Shown in pieces: positions 1 to 17,584 of a stretch of DNA of 64,000 bases. Within the stretch, counting starts at the first letter, position 1; the number at the start of each line of letters is the position of its first letter. This stretch comes from Eledone cirrhosa (lineage: Eukaryota): positions 50,406,001 through 50,470,000 of the forward strand of contig OZ024748.1 of assembly GCA_964016885.1 (NCBI GenBank), written 5' to 3'. The notes beneath the pieces are model-generated. The model saw only the letters and a list, made by a program, of their open reading frames with translations, had not been told where the DNA came from and made no database searches. A program made the position numbers and the translations under genes.

Positions 1-220
1 TCTTGTATGATTTCAGCAATTTTTATTTTTCTTCTCAGGTTTAGGTTTCCAAAAAGCTGGAAATATCGTGACTAAATTTATGTTATTTTCTCACAGATAA
101 TTTGCTTTGTGTGTGTATATGGTATATTTATTCTTGCTTGTAAAATGATGGATGCATGCCTTACGATCTCTGTCTCTTGCTCTCTCTCACACTAACTATA
201 TGTATATATAAAGGTTATAT

Positions 221-222
<2 letters not shown>

Positions 223-302
<80 letters not shown>

Positions 303-318
303 CATATATATATATATA

Positions 319-384
<66 letters not shown>

Positions 385-408
385 ATGTATATATATATAT
401 ATATATAT
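223..408. repeat. (TA)n microsatellite, representative of dozens of such tracts across the window
   Basis: Long TA run. Similar tracts recur, e.g. 8510-9077, 10863-11125, 62378-62570. Confidence 0.98.
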
Positions 409-712
409 AGTCTGTGTATGTCTTTGAATTATCTTCATTGGAAGGAGAAACCTAGTAATTATAGGTTAGACAACAACCAGTGTTTGGTCACTTTCACTTC
501 TCTCTTTCTATCTTACTACCTTCTATGTTCCAATTCCATCTCTATTATAACTTTCTGTCCTTGTTTTCTCCTCCTTCTTCACCTATATATCTCCCCATCT
601 GACAATCAAGACATAACTCCAACCATGAGCAAACGGACTTTACCAGACGGTAATACGAATCAGTTCATTTCATTTCTCATTACGCCATCGGTTTAAGCTT
701 GAATGCAGGGCA

Positions 713-750
<38 letters not shown>

Positions 751-831
751 ACATTTTACACGTTTTTATTGTATGTAAACTTCCCCCTTTGTATTTGTCC
801 CCTTCTTTTGTGCCCCTGTGGCTAATAAAGA

Positions 832-835
832 AATA

Positions 836-902
<67 letters not shown>

Positions 903-1074
903 ATCTATCTATCTATCTATCTATATCAGTCTGTCTGTCTGTCTGTCTGTCTTCTTCTTCTTCTTCTTCTTCTTCTTCTTCTTCTTCTTCTTCTTCTTCT
1001 TCTTCTTCTTCTTCTTCTTCTTCTTCTTCTTCTTCTTCTTCTTCTTCTTCTTCTTCTTCTTCGCAAAACCAGTG

Positions 1075-1105
<31 letters not shown>

Positions 1106-1122
1106 CACACAGATACACACAT

Positions 1123-1158
<36 letters not shown>

Positions 1159-1198
1159 GTATATATATACACACACATATATATATATATATATATAT
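832..1198. repeat. Compound microsatellite (TATC)n-(TGTC)n-(CTT)n-(CA)n-(TA)n
   Basis: Directly visible; it produces the poly-S/L/E/K/R pseudo-ORFs. Confidence 0.97.
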
Positions 1199-1556
1199 GA
1201 GGGGCTACCACACATTTCCCGTTCGATAGAAGGCATTGATCAACTTGAGGCTACGTTTAGCAATTGGAGGCGAGGGGAACAACTAAAATCCCACCGATCC
1301 CATGCCTATAAATAAAATCAGCCATGCCTGTGCGGTCGTTCTCCTCGCCATATATGTATATATATATATACATACATATATATATATTCTCCTCACCATA
1401 TATGTATATATATATATATATATATCTGGTTGTGGAACCAACCAACCAACCAGAAATTTATAAATTTGTAAATTTATAAATATTTAATAAATTAAATTGA
1501 AGTGAAAGCAACTGGTGCGTGTGTTTCTTATTGGCAACATGACCCTCCCAAAGTAT

Positions 1557-1624
<68 letters not shown>

Positions 1625-1991
1625 ATATATACTCATAAACGTCCTCGCTGATCATTACATGGTCGTTTCCAATTTGATATAAAGATGGTGATGGTGAAAG
1701 AACAGGAACAGCAAAAGGCCTTTGGCTAAATAATTACTCCAATACATATTTGATGCCAACAAAGGTAAACTAGTAAAAACTAGGAGCACAAACCGCTGTG
1801 TTGACGGACGTAATGAATGATAAATGATTTATTGCCTCGGTGGTCTTCCTTATCAAAAATAAATGAGTCTAAGCAAATGAGGTGTTTGGAGAATTTCAAA
1901 TAGGTATATATGTATATGTATATATATACACACATATATGTATATATATATATATATATATATAATTGGCAACATGACCCTCCGAAAGTAT

Positions 1992-2104
<113 letters not shown>

Positions 2105-2174
2105 CATATATATATATACGTGTGTGTGCGTGTGTGTTGGTGTTTGTGTGTATATATATATATATATATATCTG

Positions 2175-2288
<114 letters not shown>

Positions 2289-2829
2289 TGATGGCAATCT
2301 GGTATAATTTGAGCTTCATTCGGATAGTTACATTTGTCACGGGTTCGAGTATATTTTCTGTAGCCGGTAAGCCGCTGGCCTTAGATTCGTGTGTGAAACT
2401 TTAAACATATGATATCTGGATATTCGGTGACCCATGTTTATATATTTTACTGATCTCCTATTTCTGATGTATTGTGAATTAATTGATAATGTTATTGGTG
2501 TTTACGTTTACCCTATACCAGCTCTTCTCTAAAAGCTCTATGAAGAAATACTTTCCAGATTATGATCTTGGTGTTTGCATGGAACCTATCTTTAAATTGT
2601 CTAATGTCTTCTTTCTCTTCCAGGACGTTAGGAATTCTAATACACTGAGACACCATCAGAGGGCGCTTTCTGTGACCGGTTCATTTTTCTGTTGGGCATT
2701 TTATAAAATCTGGCACAACCTATACTTCCCATGGTCTGAAAGCAATCGATTTCTTCTAGACAAGGAGAAAAATGGATAGAATCGAAGAATTGTAAGGAAA
2801 GAGTCGAAATGTGGCTTAGCATTTTTGCC

Positions 2830-2955
2830 CTCACCTCAAAAAGAACGAAAAAGAAACATGATCTCGTCGAATTTTGAATTCAGATCGCAGAGAGCCGGAA
2901 CGAATATCTCAAATCATTATAACCGACTTTTTATCAGCTTTCCCAATTCGCCGTC
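2830..2955 (-). mobile_element. Degenerate tRNA-derived SINE fragment
   Basis: Reverse complement reads ggcgaattgg...ctgaattcaaaattcgacgag, resembling the head and B-box of the other SINEs here. Confidence 0.5.
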
Positions 2956-3168
2956 TTTTGCCGTCGTTCGCAGTTCTAATTTCAATGAATATTTATCGGA
3001 GGTTTAGTGAATGTCATTCGAGATAAATGAATAGGATTAAGTTAGGTGTCCTGGAGAAAACAAAGAGTTAATGACATAGAGAAAAAAGTGAAATTGAAAT
3101 TCAGATATATTCACACACATACACATATAGAAAGACAGTGAGAAAGAGAGGAAGAGGAAGAGAGAGAG

Positions 3169-3252
<84 letters not shown>

Positions 3253-3526
3253 AGAGTGTCTGAGTCAATAGTGGCATATATATATATATATGTATATACG
3301 GCAGTATAATTTGGGTAGAAACATCCAAATTAGGAGCCCATAGGACTAATTAAGTATAATTAGCTACAAAGGTAACATATACAGGTACTTAAGTTTCCTT
3401 AGACTGTACAACCTGACTCATTCAGAGATTTGAAGAACTCTCGCGTATTTTGTAAATGTACCTGTGGAGATAGCCCTTTACTTTTTATATAACAACATTG
3501 TATGCGCGTGTGTATGTGTATGTATG

Positions 3527-4103
<577 letters not shown>

Positions 4104-4394
4104 CACATATAAGTCTGTGTATGTGTGCATGTGTGTATGTCAATGTATGTTTACATATATACATACATAAAACCTGCGTAAGAATTGTGTATTTTAAGAG
4201 ATCGTTACTACTGTAGAAGACACGGTTTTGATTTCAGTAAGATTATTATGAATTCTATAAAAGCGAGGATAAAGCTTACAATATATTGGAGACTCACACA
4301 AATGCGCAAAAAAGAGATATATGCTGTTGTATAAATGAGATATAACCCATAGAAAATGGTCATATGATAGATATCTATATATACATACCTATAT

Positions 4395-4443
<49 letters not shown>

Positions 4444-4600
4444 TATATGTATAAATATGTGGGTTTAAATAGATATACATACACATATATACGAACAACA
4501 CTTAAACTCATTCACATACATACATATATGACGATTCATTCGATGTAACTATATATCGTCTGTAATATAGTTTTCTCTGCTACATACAATTTAGCCTCTC

Positions 4601-4700
<100 letters not shown>

Positions 4701-4797
4701 TACATATATATATACATATATATACATATATCTATATATATATATATGTATATATATATACATATATATATAGATATATGTATATATATATAAGTAT

Positions 4798-4924
<127 letters not shown>

Positions 4925-6382
4925 TATTTACATATATATATATATATATATACACTATAAATATGTCACAAGGAAGAGAAAGTAGCAAACACAAGTGAAT
5001 AGTAATCAGTATCACACAATATTTCTGAAATAATATAAAAAATACTGCCACCAACCAACAACCAACAACCAACAACAAACACCAAATGGCAGAAAAACGA
5101 TAAATTACGTATTATCTCTACTTATTTCCTTAACACTGGATATGCTGTTGCTGTTGGTTGTGGTCGTGCATTAGCATTCAGAAGTTATACACTTTAGCTG
5201 AAGGAAGGAATGAAATTCTTCATGTTAGTATCGCTTTCTTTTCGTATATATTCTTGAATTTTTTGCTATATTTTTTCCTTTTCAGAGGTAATATTTTTCA
5301 TTTTATTTTTACATCTGACACTTACTCTAACGTACTAAGTTGATTTGAACTAAATTTATGTAGACACCAATGGAAAATATAAAACCAAAATACAATATAA
5401 TACACGAACACACTAGAAATTGTAATATATTGATGGAAACAACAACAACGGAAAATATCAACAACAATACCAACAACAACAACGGCAAACGTCATCAACA
5501 ACAACATCATCATCAACAAAATTATCATCATCAACAACAACAACCAGAAATATAAACTACACCGGCAGTGGGCAGCAAAGCATAAAAAAAGGAAATAAGT
5601 CACCAAGAATGTACAACACAATAACAAAAGCAAAGACACAATAACAACAACTGTGAAGGAAGTACAACAAAAAACAAGATCAACTATAACAACAACAACA
5701 ATACTAAGACCAATCTGGCAATGTTTTACTTATGACTTCGTAAAGCATCATATTATAAAAAGAAAAACAACAATAACAAAAACAGCAATAACAACAACGA
5801 TATCGAAACTAACCTGGCAATGTTTTACTTTTGACTTCGTAAAGCATCATGTAAAAAAATCCAAAAACAGATTCTACAAGGAATGTAGAAATATAGGAAT
5901 GTTACAATATTAGAAAATGGGAATATTGAATTATTGTACTAAATTGTGACCACTTTAAACGAAGCCTTGATGTTTATTATTTGCAGAACATTAACAGGAA
6001 ATATATTATTTATAGAACCACACTACATTCTACAATAAGTTATTTTATTTTATGTTGCCCGAAGTCAACGAGGAATGTCTTTGAACATTGGTCTCCTCAA
6101 TCAGAGCTGTCCTGGGCCTAAACAACAAAAACACAAAACATTACTGTACAACAGGAAAATTCACTCTACACTGTACATCCGTGAAATACGAAGAAGTGGG
6201 GAAACATGTTAGACATAGCAGTCAAATAAAACTCAAATTACACTTAAGCAAATGCCTTAAAAAGAGAAATGAAACCTGTGATAGCAAGAACCAATTTACT
6301 CCAAAATTAACGGTATTTCGTTGTCAACTTCCATATACATTTAGAGAGAGAAGTCATTTTATGTTTCTTAATATGTCAAAGT

Positions 6383-6625
6383 GGAGGCTCGTGGTGTAGT
6401 GGTAATTGTGTTGGACTTATAATTATAATGTCATGGTTTCGATTTCTGGGCTGAGTTTTTATGTGTTTTTGAGCAAAAACTTTCATTTCAGCGGAAAATA
6501 AGTATCAGCAGCAGTAGCTGGAAGTTTAACTCTGTGATGGACGCGCGCAATGTCCGGAGGGTAGAGTCTTCTATTCTCAGTCGCTTAACGCCACGAAAAT
6601 CAAGTAAGCAACGGCTTGATGAGCC
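6383..6625 (+). mobile_element. Degenerate tRNA-derived SINE
   Basis: A-box-like gtggtgtagtggt, B-box-like ggtttcgatttc, CORE-like ttgagcaaaaactttcatttca. Confidence 0.6.
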
Positions 6626-6828
6626 TTCAGACTTTTGAAACAGCGAGCGAGTTTGAAATTAGAAATAGAAGCTTTCGCCGTATATTTTACTAAAAAATGT
6701 TTAGCCTGATAGAGGGATTTAGAACCCCAAAGAAATGGAAAAAGATGAGTACATATACGTCAATACTCATTTTTATTTAGTCAAAAATACGGCGAAAGCT
6801 TCTATTTCTAATTATATATATATATATA

Positions 6829-7488
<660 letters not shown>

Positions 7489-7492
7489 CACA

Positions 7493-7543
<51 letters not shown>

Positions 7544-8186
7544 AAGTGTAAGTGTTGCAAAACATGAAATGAAATGCTACATATAAAGGTTCATACATGT
7601 TAGTTTATTATGATGTTAAACCGTAAAGTTTTTTTTTTACATATTACTACGTTTAATATTATTTCATTTTCTAATAAATATCATATTTTGATTTGTTTTA
7701 TTTGTTGTTGTTTTCATTTTGAGTTTGACGAAGCCGAGGCGGGGGTCGAGGTGATGGTACAACACCAGATATATTTTGTTGGTTCTTTTGTATTATTTGA
7801 TATTTAAAAGGTGTTAGCTGTTAGGTAGATGACAGAATTTATGTATGAAGTGTAAAGTCGAATCAGAATGAAATGGGCTGGAAATCATCGCTCCTTAGGA
7901 TAATACGAGTGGGTCATGTGATGATACCGAGTGATGTGGGGAGGAGTGTTGGGCAGTGACCTTCTGCAAAGATGGAGCACGTGTGACAGAAAGCAATGAG
8001 ATATGGTGAGTCAAAATGTGTGAGATATGTATTCATTATACGTTTACCTGAATGCACTCACACTTTGTTTCTCTCTCTCCCTTTCTCTCCCCCCCCCCAC
8101 TCTCTCTCTCTGTAGATATAGATAGATATGCGTGTGTCTGAGTGGGTTGGGGATGGGAGGTGCATGGGTGTGTGTCAGTGCGTGCA

Positions 8187-8227
<41 letters not shown>

Positions 8228-8232
<5 letters not shown>

Positions 8233-8510
8233 ATTAAATAAATGGAAACTATATTTATAAAACCATATTTATTTCATTATATATATTTCAGGGATATCAT
8301 ATTAACAATATGCTATGCCTTCCTCAGACAAAATACAATATAAGCAGTTTTATAGATAAATAGATTCGACATACCGTAACAACATCGACTTGTATTTGAA
8401 AAGGTTGATTTATTTAATATTGTAAATATACTCCAAATATTTGTCGAGTGCTTTTATATCAGTTATAAATATTTACTAGTTGTAACCAACAATTTAAATA
8501 TAACTTTCCA
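8228..8510. mobile_element. Second copy of the family A fold-back element with most of the right arm deleted; HHR motif on - strand at 8271-8334
   Basis: Near-identical to 3571-3750 and 3883-3990. The core reads CTGAGGA...GAAATATATATA on the - strand. Confidence 0.8.
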
Positions 8511-8528
8511 TATATATATATATATATA

Positions 8529-8663
<135 letters not shown>

Positions 8664-8705
8664 TATATATACAGATATATATATATATATATATATATAT
8701 ATCTG

Positions 8706-8775
<70 letters not shown>

Positions 8776-8857
8776 AATGAAATAACAGGATAACACAATA
8801 TTACACCAGGATTGACCATACAGAATGACCAGTTCTATCCAGTGGTGAACCAACAAA

Positions 8858-8927
<70 letters not shown>

Positions 8928-8931
8928 TATA

Positions 8932-9016
<85 letters not shown>

Positions 9017-9017
9017 G

Positions 9018-9083
<66 letters not shown>

Positions 9084-9325
9084 GATTCATCGAGAATCGC
9101 ATTTTCGGCGGGCAGGAAAAGCGAAGCGAAACGCAAAGATCAGAAATGATACTGGCAAAGTGCTCAATAGGTAAAAACCAGAGCTAAACCATGTGTTAAG
9201 AAGCCATACAAAACTGAAAAGGTGGTCAAGAAGGCATTAACCACCCAAGCCAGAAACCAAATCAAGCTAAACAGGTCAAAACAAAATAAATGATAAAAAA
9301 TAATTGACAACCATATATATATATA

Positions 9326-9509
9326 GTGAATTGGTAGTATCGTTAGAGGGTCGGACGCCATGCTTTCCAGCATAGTTACGTCCCTTTATGGTCTGAGTTA
9401 AAATCCCGCCGAGGTTAACTTTGCCTTTCATCCTTACGGGGTCGATAAAATAAAGTACCAGTAATGTACTGCGTAATTGATGGCCTGGTGCCAAAAGTAG
9501 AAACAATTA

Positions 9510-9510
<1 letters not shown>
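9326..9510 (+). mobile_element. tRNA-derived SINE family 1
   Basis: ttggtagtatcgttagag head, gagttaaaatccc B-box, core ctttgcctttcatccttacggggtcgataaaataaagtacc, end gtagaaacaattat. Confidence 0.9.
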
Positions 9511-9569
<59 letters not shown>

Positions 9570-9674
9570 AGAGTCAGGGGTCCTGACTATTTTCATATTA
9601 CCCACTCTACTACACTAAGTATTACAAACTCTGGTGCGTTATGTTCTACATGTTATTTTACCACATCCTCTTTG

Positions 9675-9730
<56 letters not shown>

Positions 9731-9935
9731 TCCGTGAAGTGTGGTGGTTCACCACTGGATAGAACTGGTAATTGCATATAGTTAATCATCGTGTAGTAGT
9801 AGAACAATCACTCGACGTTATGCAACTCATCCAACTTTGATGTTGAATTATAAGGGAGTTAATTATTATTGAGTAAAACGACAGGAGGCCAGACTGGTGA
9901 AATTCCTTAAAAGTTTCATTTCTGCAAACACTAAA

Positions 9936-9993
9936 ACACTATGTATATTTCAGTGCACAGGTTACGTAGAATCCTGGCGACATCATCAGGTGT
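9936..9993 (-). ncRNA. Type I hammerhead ribozyme motif
   Basis: Minus strand: acac-CTGATGA-t-gtcgccagg...cctgtgcac-t-GAA-ATATACAT-A-gtgt; helix I acac/gtgt. Confidence 0.65.
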
Positions 9994-10560
9994 ATATTAC
10001 ATAATATTATAAAGGAATAATGGTAAACACAATCATAGAGGCTACAAGGGGAGAAAGCAGAGGAACAAATTTGACTCAAAGGCGATCAGTCGAACTAACA
10101 ACACCCATCGAATCAATTTTTTTACTTTGTGTTACAGTATTTTGTCGGGCTCGTTCCGTTATGAGTTCAAATCCTATCGGGTTCAACTTTGCCCTTCATC
10201 CTTTGGTCGGCGATGTAATAAAGTATTAATAACCCATTCAGTCACTTTAATCGACTTAGTATATCAAGGACTACATTATCTAACGTATTCTTGATTTTCC
10301 GACGCAGTAGGATTTCGTTTGAGGAAATTTTAACGGTCTTTCTAGCTGTAAGTGTGAACTTCAAGTGTCACCTCAGTTGGTCATAATAGTGTTAGAATTA
10401 ATGGTTGACAGAGAAAGAGTGGTGGGATGCTTATCATGAAATTTCGTGAAATTATCGACAGCCCCCCCCCCCCCTACACCTGCAACGAAATAACAGCAAA
10501 TGAGTTAAAATGGAGAAAAGATCGTGTGCAAATACATGTGTATATGTATCATTATGATAA

Positions 10561-10733
10561 ATCGGTAGAGGGTCGGACGCCATGCTTTGACGCATAGAGT
10601 TACGGTCCTTGCCATTCTGAGTTCAAATCCCGCCGAGGTTAACTTTGCCTTTCATCCTTACGGGGTCGATAAAATAAAGTACCAGTAATCTACTGTGTAA
10701 TTGCTGGCCTTGTGCCAATAGTAGAAACAATTA
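10561..10733 (+). mobile_element. SINE family 1 with 12-bp TSD
   Basis: Family core present; TSD attatgataaat at 10551-10562 and 10730-10741. Confidence 0.92.
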
Positions 10734-10859
10734 TGATAAATACATAAGTGCTTTTGACGGAATATATATCTATATATATACATATACATATATATACCGA
10801 CGAATGTATATATTTACCAGAATATAGAAATTCGTATATCTATTGATCTAACTGTAACA

Positions 10860-11117
<258 letters not shown>

Positions 11118-11132
11118 CATATATATGTGTGT

Positions 11133-11589
<457 letters not shown>

Positions 11590-12920
11590 AGAATAACAAT
11601 ATACATCTACATATATATGTATATATATATGTATATTCTGTTAATATTATTATTGTGCGGAATTGTATATGGGCTTGAGCTTTGTCTTTCCCCTTTCCCC
11701 CTCCATATATACATGAGCATGTATGTGATTTTATATGATCGCAAATATATGTGTGTGAGAAAGAAAGAACACGTATATTTCTCTGTATGTGAGAGTGTTT
11801 GTGTGTACTAAGCCATTAAAATAATAGGAAATCACCGTTTCGCATTTTACTGATTTCTTGCCTTAATTTTCCATCCAACCTTTTAGCTTCAAAGATTCTC
11901 AGAAATTTTATATATGTTGTTGGTTTCTGTTTTGTTAATATTCTATATTTGGTTGCACTTCGTTATATTAATCGATGGCCTTGTCCACTCTTCAAATTCC
12001 ATATTTTATTTCGTTTTTGTTGTCTTAAAAATATATTATGTAGTTGTTTTGTTGTCGTTGTTGTAAGCTTGTAATATACCTCTGCTTTTTCTCGTCATGT
12101 TGTGCTGTTTTTGTTCGTTCTAATAGTTCCAGTTGATGTTACTGTCTTTTTTGTTATTCTTTGTTGTCGTTGTTGTTGTTATTTTTGTTGTTGTTGATTA
12201 TGTATAATCCAAATTCGTTTGTGATGAAATGTATTCTTGATATGACAATGTCGTTGTATTTTTTTATCTATTTTATTTAATTTTATTTTACTCTATTTTA
12301 CTTTATTTTGTTTTATTTTGATTTATTTATTTATTTATTTTATTTATTTATTCATTTTTTTTATGCGGAGGTGGGGGGCTACGAGAATCTAATCTAAATT
12401 TGGCTTGGCATAAGTAAATCGGTTGATTTGAGAAGTATTTGGCTGCTAATTCTAGTAAGTCTATAGATCACACATTGGCACTCAGATTAGAATGGTTATT
12501 CTCATTGTTATTGTTGTTTAAATGCTAAAGAAAAGCATCACTGTCATGGACATATTCATATGTATTCAAACGGACTAAGCTTTTATATATATAATAAGGG
12601 TTGACGGACCCAGCATGTTTATCAATGCCAGTACCGGTTGTATCTCAGCGTACTCCATGGGCAATGTAAGATATATTACCAGAGTATACACATAGTTATT
12701 TGCCTCAACACAACACACGTAAAACGGGTGCCTATAAGGTTCCCGGACTCGAGTTTCTGCCGCACTAATGCAGCAGCAAGGGGCACTGCACCACCTGTCT
12801 GACATATATTATGCAACAATGCACAATCGGCTTATGCGGCTTCATCAGCGGGTATCGCCTAATCAATAACCAATCGATCGACATAATCCAAACACCGGCC
12901 CGTGCCGGTCATGACTGTTT

Positions 12921-12983
<63 letters not shown>

Positions 12984-12994
12984 CATATTATATT

Positions 12995-13255
12995 ATATTA
13001 TATTATTTATTTATACTCATACTCAAAGGCACCACTCAAGGTTTTAAAGCTCATCATTTGACCATACTTCCAGAATACAAAAGGGATCAAATTTGTGACC
13101 TTTCTTCAAGCACTTAAGCGAGACTCATATAAGCGCCTGACGAAGGTCACAAATTTGATCCCTTTTGTATTCTGGAAGTATGGTCACATGTTGCGCTTTG
13201 GAACCTTGAGCGGTGCCTTTGTACCGTGTATGAGTATAAATAAATAATATAATAT
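12995..13255. repeat. Diverged fold-back next to (TA)n
   Basis: Arms ~12995-13116 / 13130-13255, with a 44-bp perfect core 13059-13102 / 13143-13186. Confidence 0.85.
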
Positions 13256-13583
13256 TACTGATCTCTTCCCGATTGAGCATTTTACCTCTTAACTTTTCAC
13301 ACCTACGGATTTTGCCACACACACAGACACACACATACACATTTGTGTATATATATATCGATCAACTGAATAGATCCCAGACCTCACGCGCTTACCGGGT
13401 GGGGTGGAACTCATGAAACCAGGCCAAGGAAACACTGTTTCCATTGGTCTTTCCATTACTCATACAATACATCTGACGTAATGTAGAGAACTGACTCATT
13501 TAAACCACCTTTATATTAGTCCTCATGTGTGTTTCTACTTCGAATATGGGAGAGTTCCAAACTCTGAAATTAACTGTAATATA

Positions 13584-13760
13584 TGTTTCTACTTTTGGCA
13601 CAAGGCCAGCAATTATCCCAGTGTATTAGTGGTACTTTATTTTATCGACCCCGTAAGGATGAAAGGCAAAGTTAACCTCGGCGGAATTTGAACTCAGATC
13701 ATAAAGGGCCGTAACCCTTTGCTGCAAAGCGTGACGTCCGACCCTCTACCGATAATGCCA
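13584..13760 (-). mobile_element. SINE family 1
   Basis: Reverse complement of the family consensus. Confidence 0.9.
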
Positions 13761-13787
13761 ATAGTCAATCATTATAGCTAATAGCAG

Positions 13788-13973
13788 AGGATAGGTAGTA
13801 TAGGTAGTGGGTCGGACGCCATACTTTGCAGCAAAGAGTTACGGCCCTTTATGGTCTGAGTTCAAATCCTGCCAAGGTTAACTTTGCCTTTCATCCTTAC
13901 GGGGTCGATAAAATAAAGTACCAGTAATGCACTGAGTAATTGCTGGCCTTGTGCCAAAAGTACAAACAATTAT
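13788..13973 (+). mobile_element. SINE family 1 with 15-bp TSD, head-to-head with the previous copy
   Basis: TSD attatagctaatagc at 13771-13785 and 13969-13983. Confidence 0.92.
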
Positions 13974-15438
13974 AGCTAATAGCTGAATTACCTGTAGAGA
14001 GGAACAAAGTGGACAGGGGTTCTCTAATCCACTTTTGCCCGTCTCTAAAGTTTATTGTCTTCATGTTCTAAACTATTGTCTAAAGTCATCGGCTGCTATA
14101 ACAGGTATTAACTGCGCCCAGGACTCTTACATTTTCAAGTTTAATGCTTACATTGACTAAAGAGAGAAAAGGTTGTGAATTGACGGAAATGTGGCTACTA
14201 TTTTTAGCAGTTCTGGTAACTAGTTAAAATCAACGATTTCAATAAAACACGTCCAAACTTCACGTGGTTAAAGTCACATTTGTTCATTATTGTTCATTAT
14301 GAGTCTTATTTCCAGCTGATGCTTGACTCCCAGCGAGCATGAACTATGGTGAAACATCAATTTAAAGGTAGACATCATGAAGATGTTTCTATAAACGAGC
14401 TAAATACTCAATGTTTTTTTTTAGAAAAGGGTGAGCAGCAAATTATTCCATAGACCTTTGTATGTTTGTTGTCATTATCAGGTAGGAAGAGGGGTAAATT
14501 TGTGTGGCAATAACGGATCTTGCATTCGTAAGTACAAAAAATCCGCTCGGGCTTTGTCCTTTTCGCGTCTAAGAGATTTTGTACACATAGCTTAAAGCAA
14601 TTTGAAGCTAGGGCAGAAGGCAATCTTACTGAGCGATCTTCAAAGGCATTGAACAGGGGTTTCATACATACACGTATGAATACATACATATATACACAAG
14701 TACATAGACACACATGCATAGATATATATATACTTACAAATACACATATATACATACACATATTTATATACACACACATATATATAAATACACACATGCA
14801 TGAATACATACATACACATATACATACATACACGCATACCTATACACATATATACATACACATTCATACATATATGTATATATACATGCAGTTATACAAA
14901 CATGCATGTATAAATACACACACACACATATATACAGACACACATTCATGCGTACATAAATGCATGTATGCAAGCATACATACACAACCACACGCACAAA
15001 CATATGTATACATGTATATGTGGATGTGTAAACGTGTACATACACACACATTCACACATACACACACATATATATACATATATGTATATACGAACATACA
15101 TACACACATATATGAACACACACACATATATATACGTAGATGCATCTAGATATATGCATATATACATACATGCATTTAGCGATCAATGCAAAGTGAAAAT
15201 TATATACCAGGAAATTTATATAGAAAAGCATTAATGCACTTGTGTATTATTGCAAACATTTTTATGTAAATGTATTTTTAATATGAATATTGCAATATCC
15301 ATTTCTTATGTGACATTTGATGCTTTCAACACAAGGTGAGCAGTATGGGAAGTTTTACAGAGAAGAGTGTACACGGAAGATGCGATTGCGTTAGAAATAC
15401 CGTAAGCTCGTGTACATATATATATATATATATATATA

Positions 15439-15517
<79 letters not shown>

Positions 15518-15584
15518 TCTTATATATATTTATACAGTTAAATCTTATATATATATGAATATATATATATATATATATATGTAG

Positions 15585-15632
<48 letters not shown>

Positions 15633-15935
15633 GAATATATATATATAAATGTATATATATATGTGTGTATATATATATGTATGTATGTGTGTATATATAT
15701 ATATATATGTATATATGAATATATGTAAATATATATGATTAAAACCAATTTATATATGGATATCGGTAGCACATAAACATTTCTGAGGGCATCATTCACT
15801 AGTAGTCACTATCATTTATATAATTTTTTCACTCGGTATTCTTTCTAAGTCTCACTCTTTCTCGCTCTCGCTGTTTCTCACTCACTCTCATTCACACTCC
15901 CTCTCTCCCTCATACATATACACACACACACAGAT

Positions 15936-15967
<32 letters not shown>

Positions 15968-16301
15968 GGATGAATATATATTTGTGTGTGTGTCTATGTA
16001 TGTATATATTTATGAATGCTATTCACCACAAACTTACAACATAATCTATTACAGTTGGCTGAAATTTTAAAAGCTAAATGCTTGGAATCTCACCGGAGGT
16101 CACGCCCAAAGCATTCTCTACCCCCCCCCCCCACATATATATATACACACAAATATATAAATCTATATATCTATCTGTCTACCTATCTATCCATTTCTCT
16201 TCTTCTCGATATATATATATATATATACATACATATATGCATATATACATATATATATATATGCGCATATATATATATACACACATACACATATATATAT
16301 A

Positions 16302-16342
<41 letters not shown>

Positions 16343-16390
16343 ATATATGTATGTATATATATATATGCGTATATATATACGCACACACAC

Positions 16391-16553
<163 letters not shown>

Positions 16554-16601
16554 TCATACATCTATACGAACACACGTACACATACACACATACACAACAC
16601 A

Positions 16602-16645
<44 letters not shown>

Positions 16646-16948
16646 TAATATATATATATATATGTATGTATATATGTATGTTCTATGACATATTGAACTA
16701 TACAACTTTCATACGATCAAGTAATATTTAACCACGAAGTCCAATAGCTGTGATATGTGTTACTGTTTCAACGTAATCTTGCTTAGAAACGTTGCTATGT
16801 ATAGAAAGGTCAACAAAAATTCAATCTGCCCGTTTATCTTTCTAAGGAGATTTTGCCTTTTTATCTTAACACATATATAAGCTCATAAATATATATGCAT
16901 ATATTTACATCCATGTTTCTTTTTCTCTCTGTCACTCCCCCTCTCTCA

Positions 16949-17032
<84 letters not shown>

Positions 17033-17342
17033 TAAATATATATATATATAGATATGTATATATATCTGTGTGTGTGCATTCATAAACGTATCTAAAATCA
17101 TAGTCTCAGCATATAAAGTCACAATATAGGATTTTCCATTTTCATCGACGATATTATATAATATCGAAGTGTGATATCATAACCTACATTTACACTCACA
17201 CACATACGCCCACACATACACCCACACATACACCCTCACATATACCCTCACAAGCCCTCCACCATCACACACTATTGCAAACCAAATGACGTTAAACACA
17301 ATGAAACTTAAGTACCCGCGAAATGCCACTGTTGCAACTTCA

Positions 17343-17413
<71 letters not shown>

Positions 17414-17541
17414 GTATATATATATAGTGGTAGAACACTGGAAGGTAATATCCGTAGTGGTAGAGCACTCAGTCCATGGGACGAGTTAGGTAGAAGTGGT
17501 TACACAACAGTTAGTTCACCATACCGAGAATAAATGTTCAC

Positions 17542-17581
<40 letters not shown>

Positions 17582-17584
17582 TAT

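Noticed and set aside
1647-1705. CTGATCA...GAAA possible decayed HHR
   Set aside because: The core is mismatched and there is no helix III or helix I pairing.
5715-5850. 37-bp direct repeat ctggcaatgttttactt.tgacttcgtaaagcatcat
   Set aside because: Simple local duplication within an (AAC)n region with no further structure.
13137-13190. CTGACGAAGG as an HHR core; likewise CTGATGA at ~6962, ~42430, ~47961 and on the - strand at ~12842, ~25842, ~27108
   Set aside because: No correctly placed GAAA with pairing helices I-III could be found.
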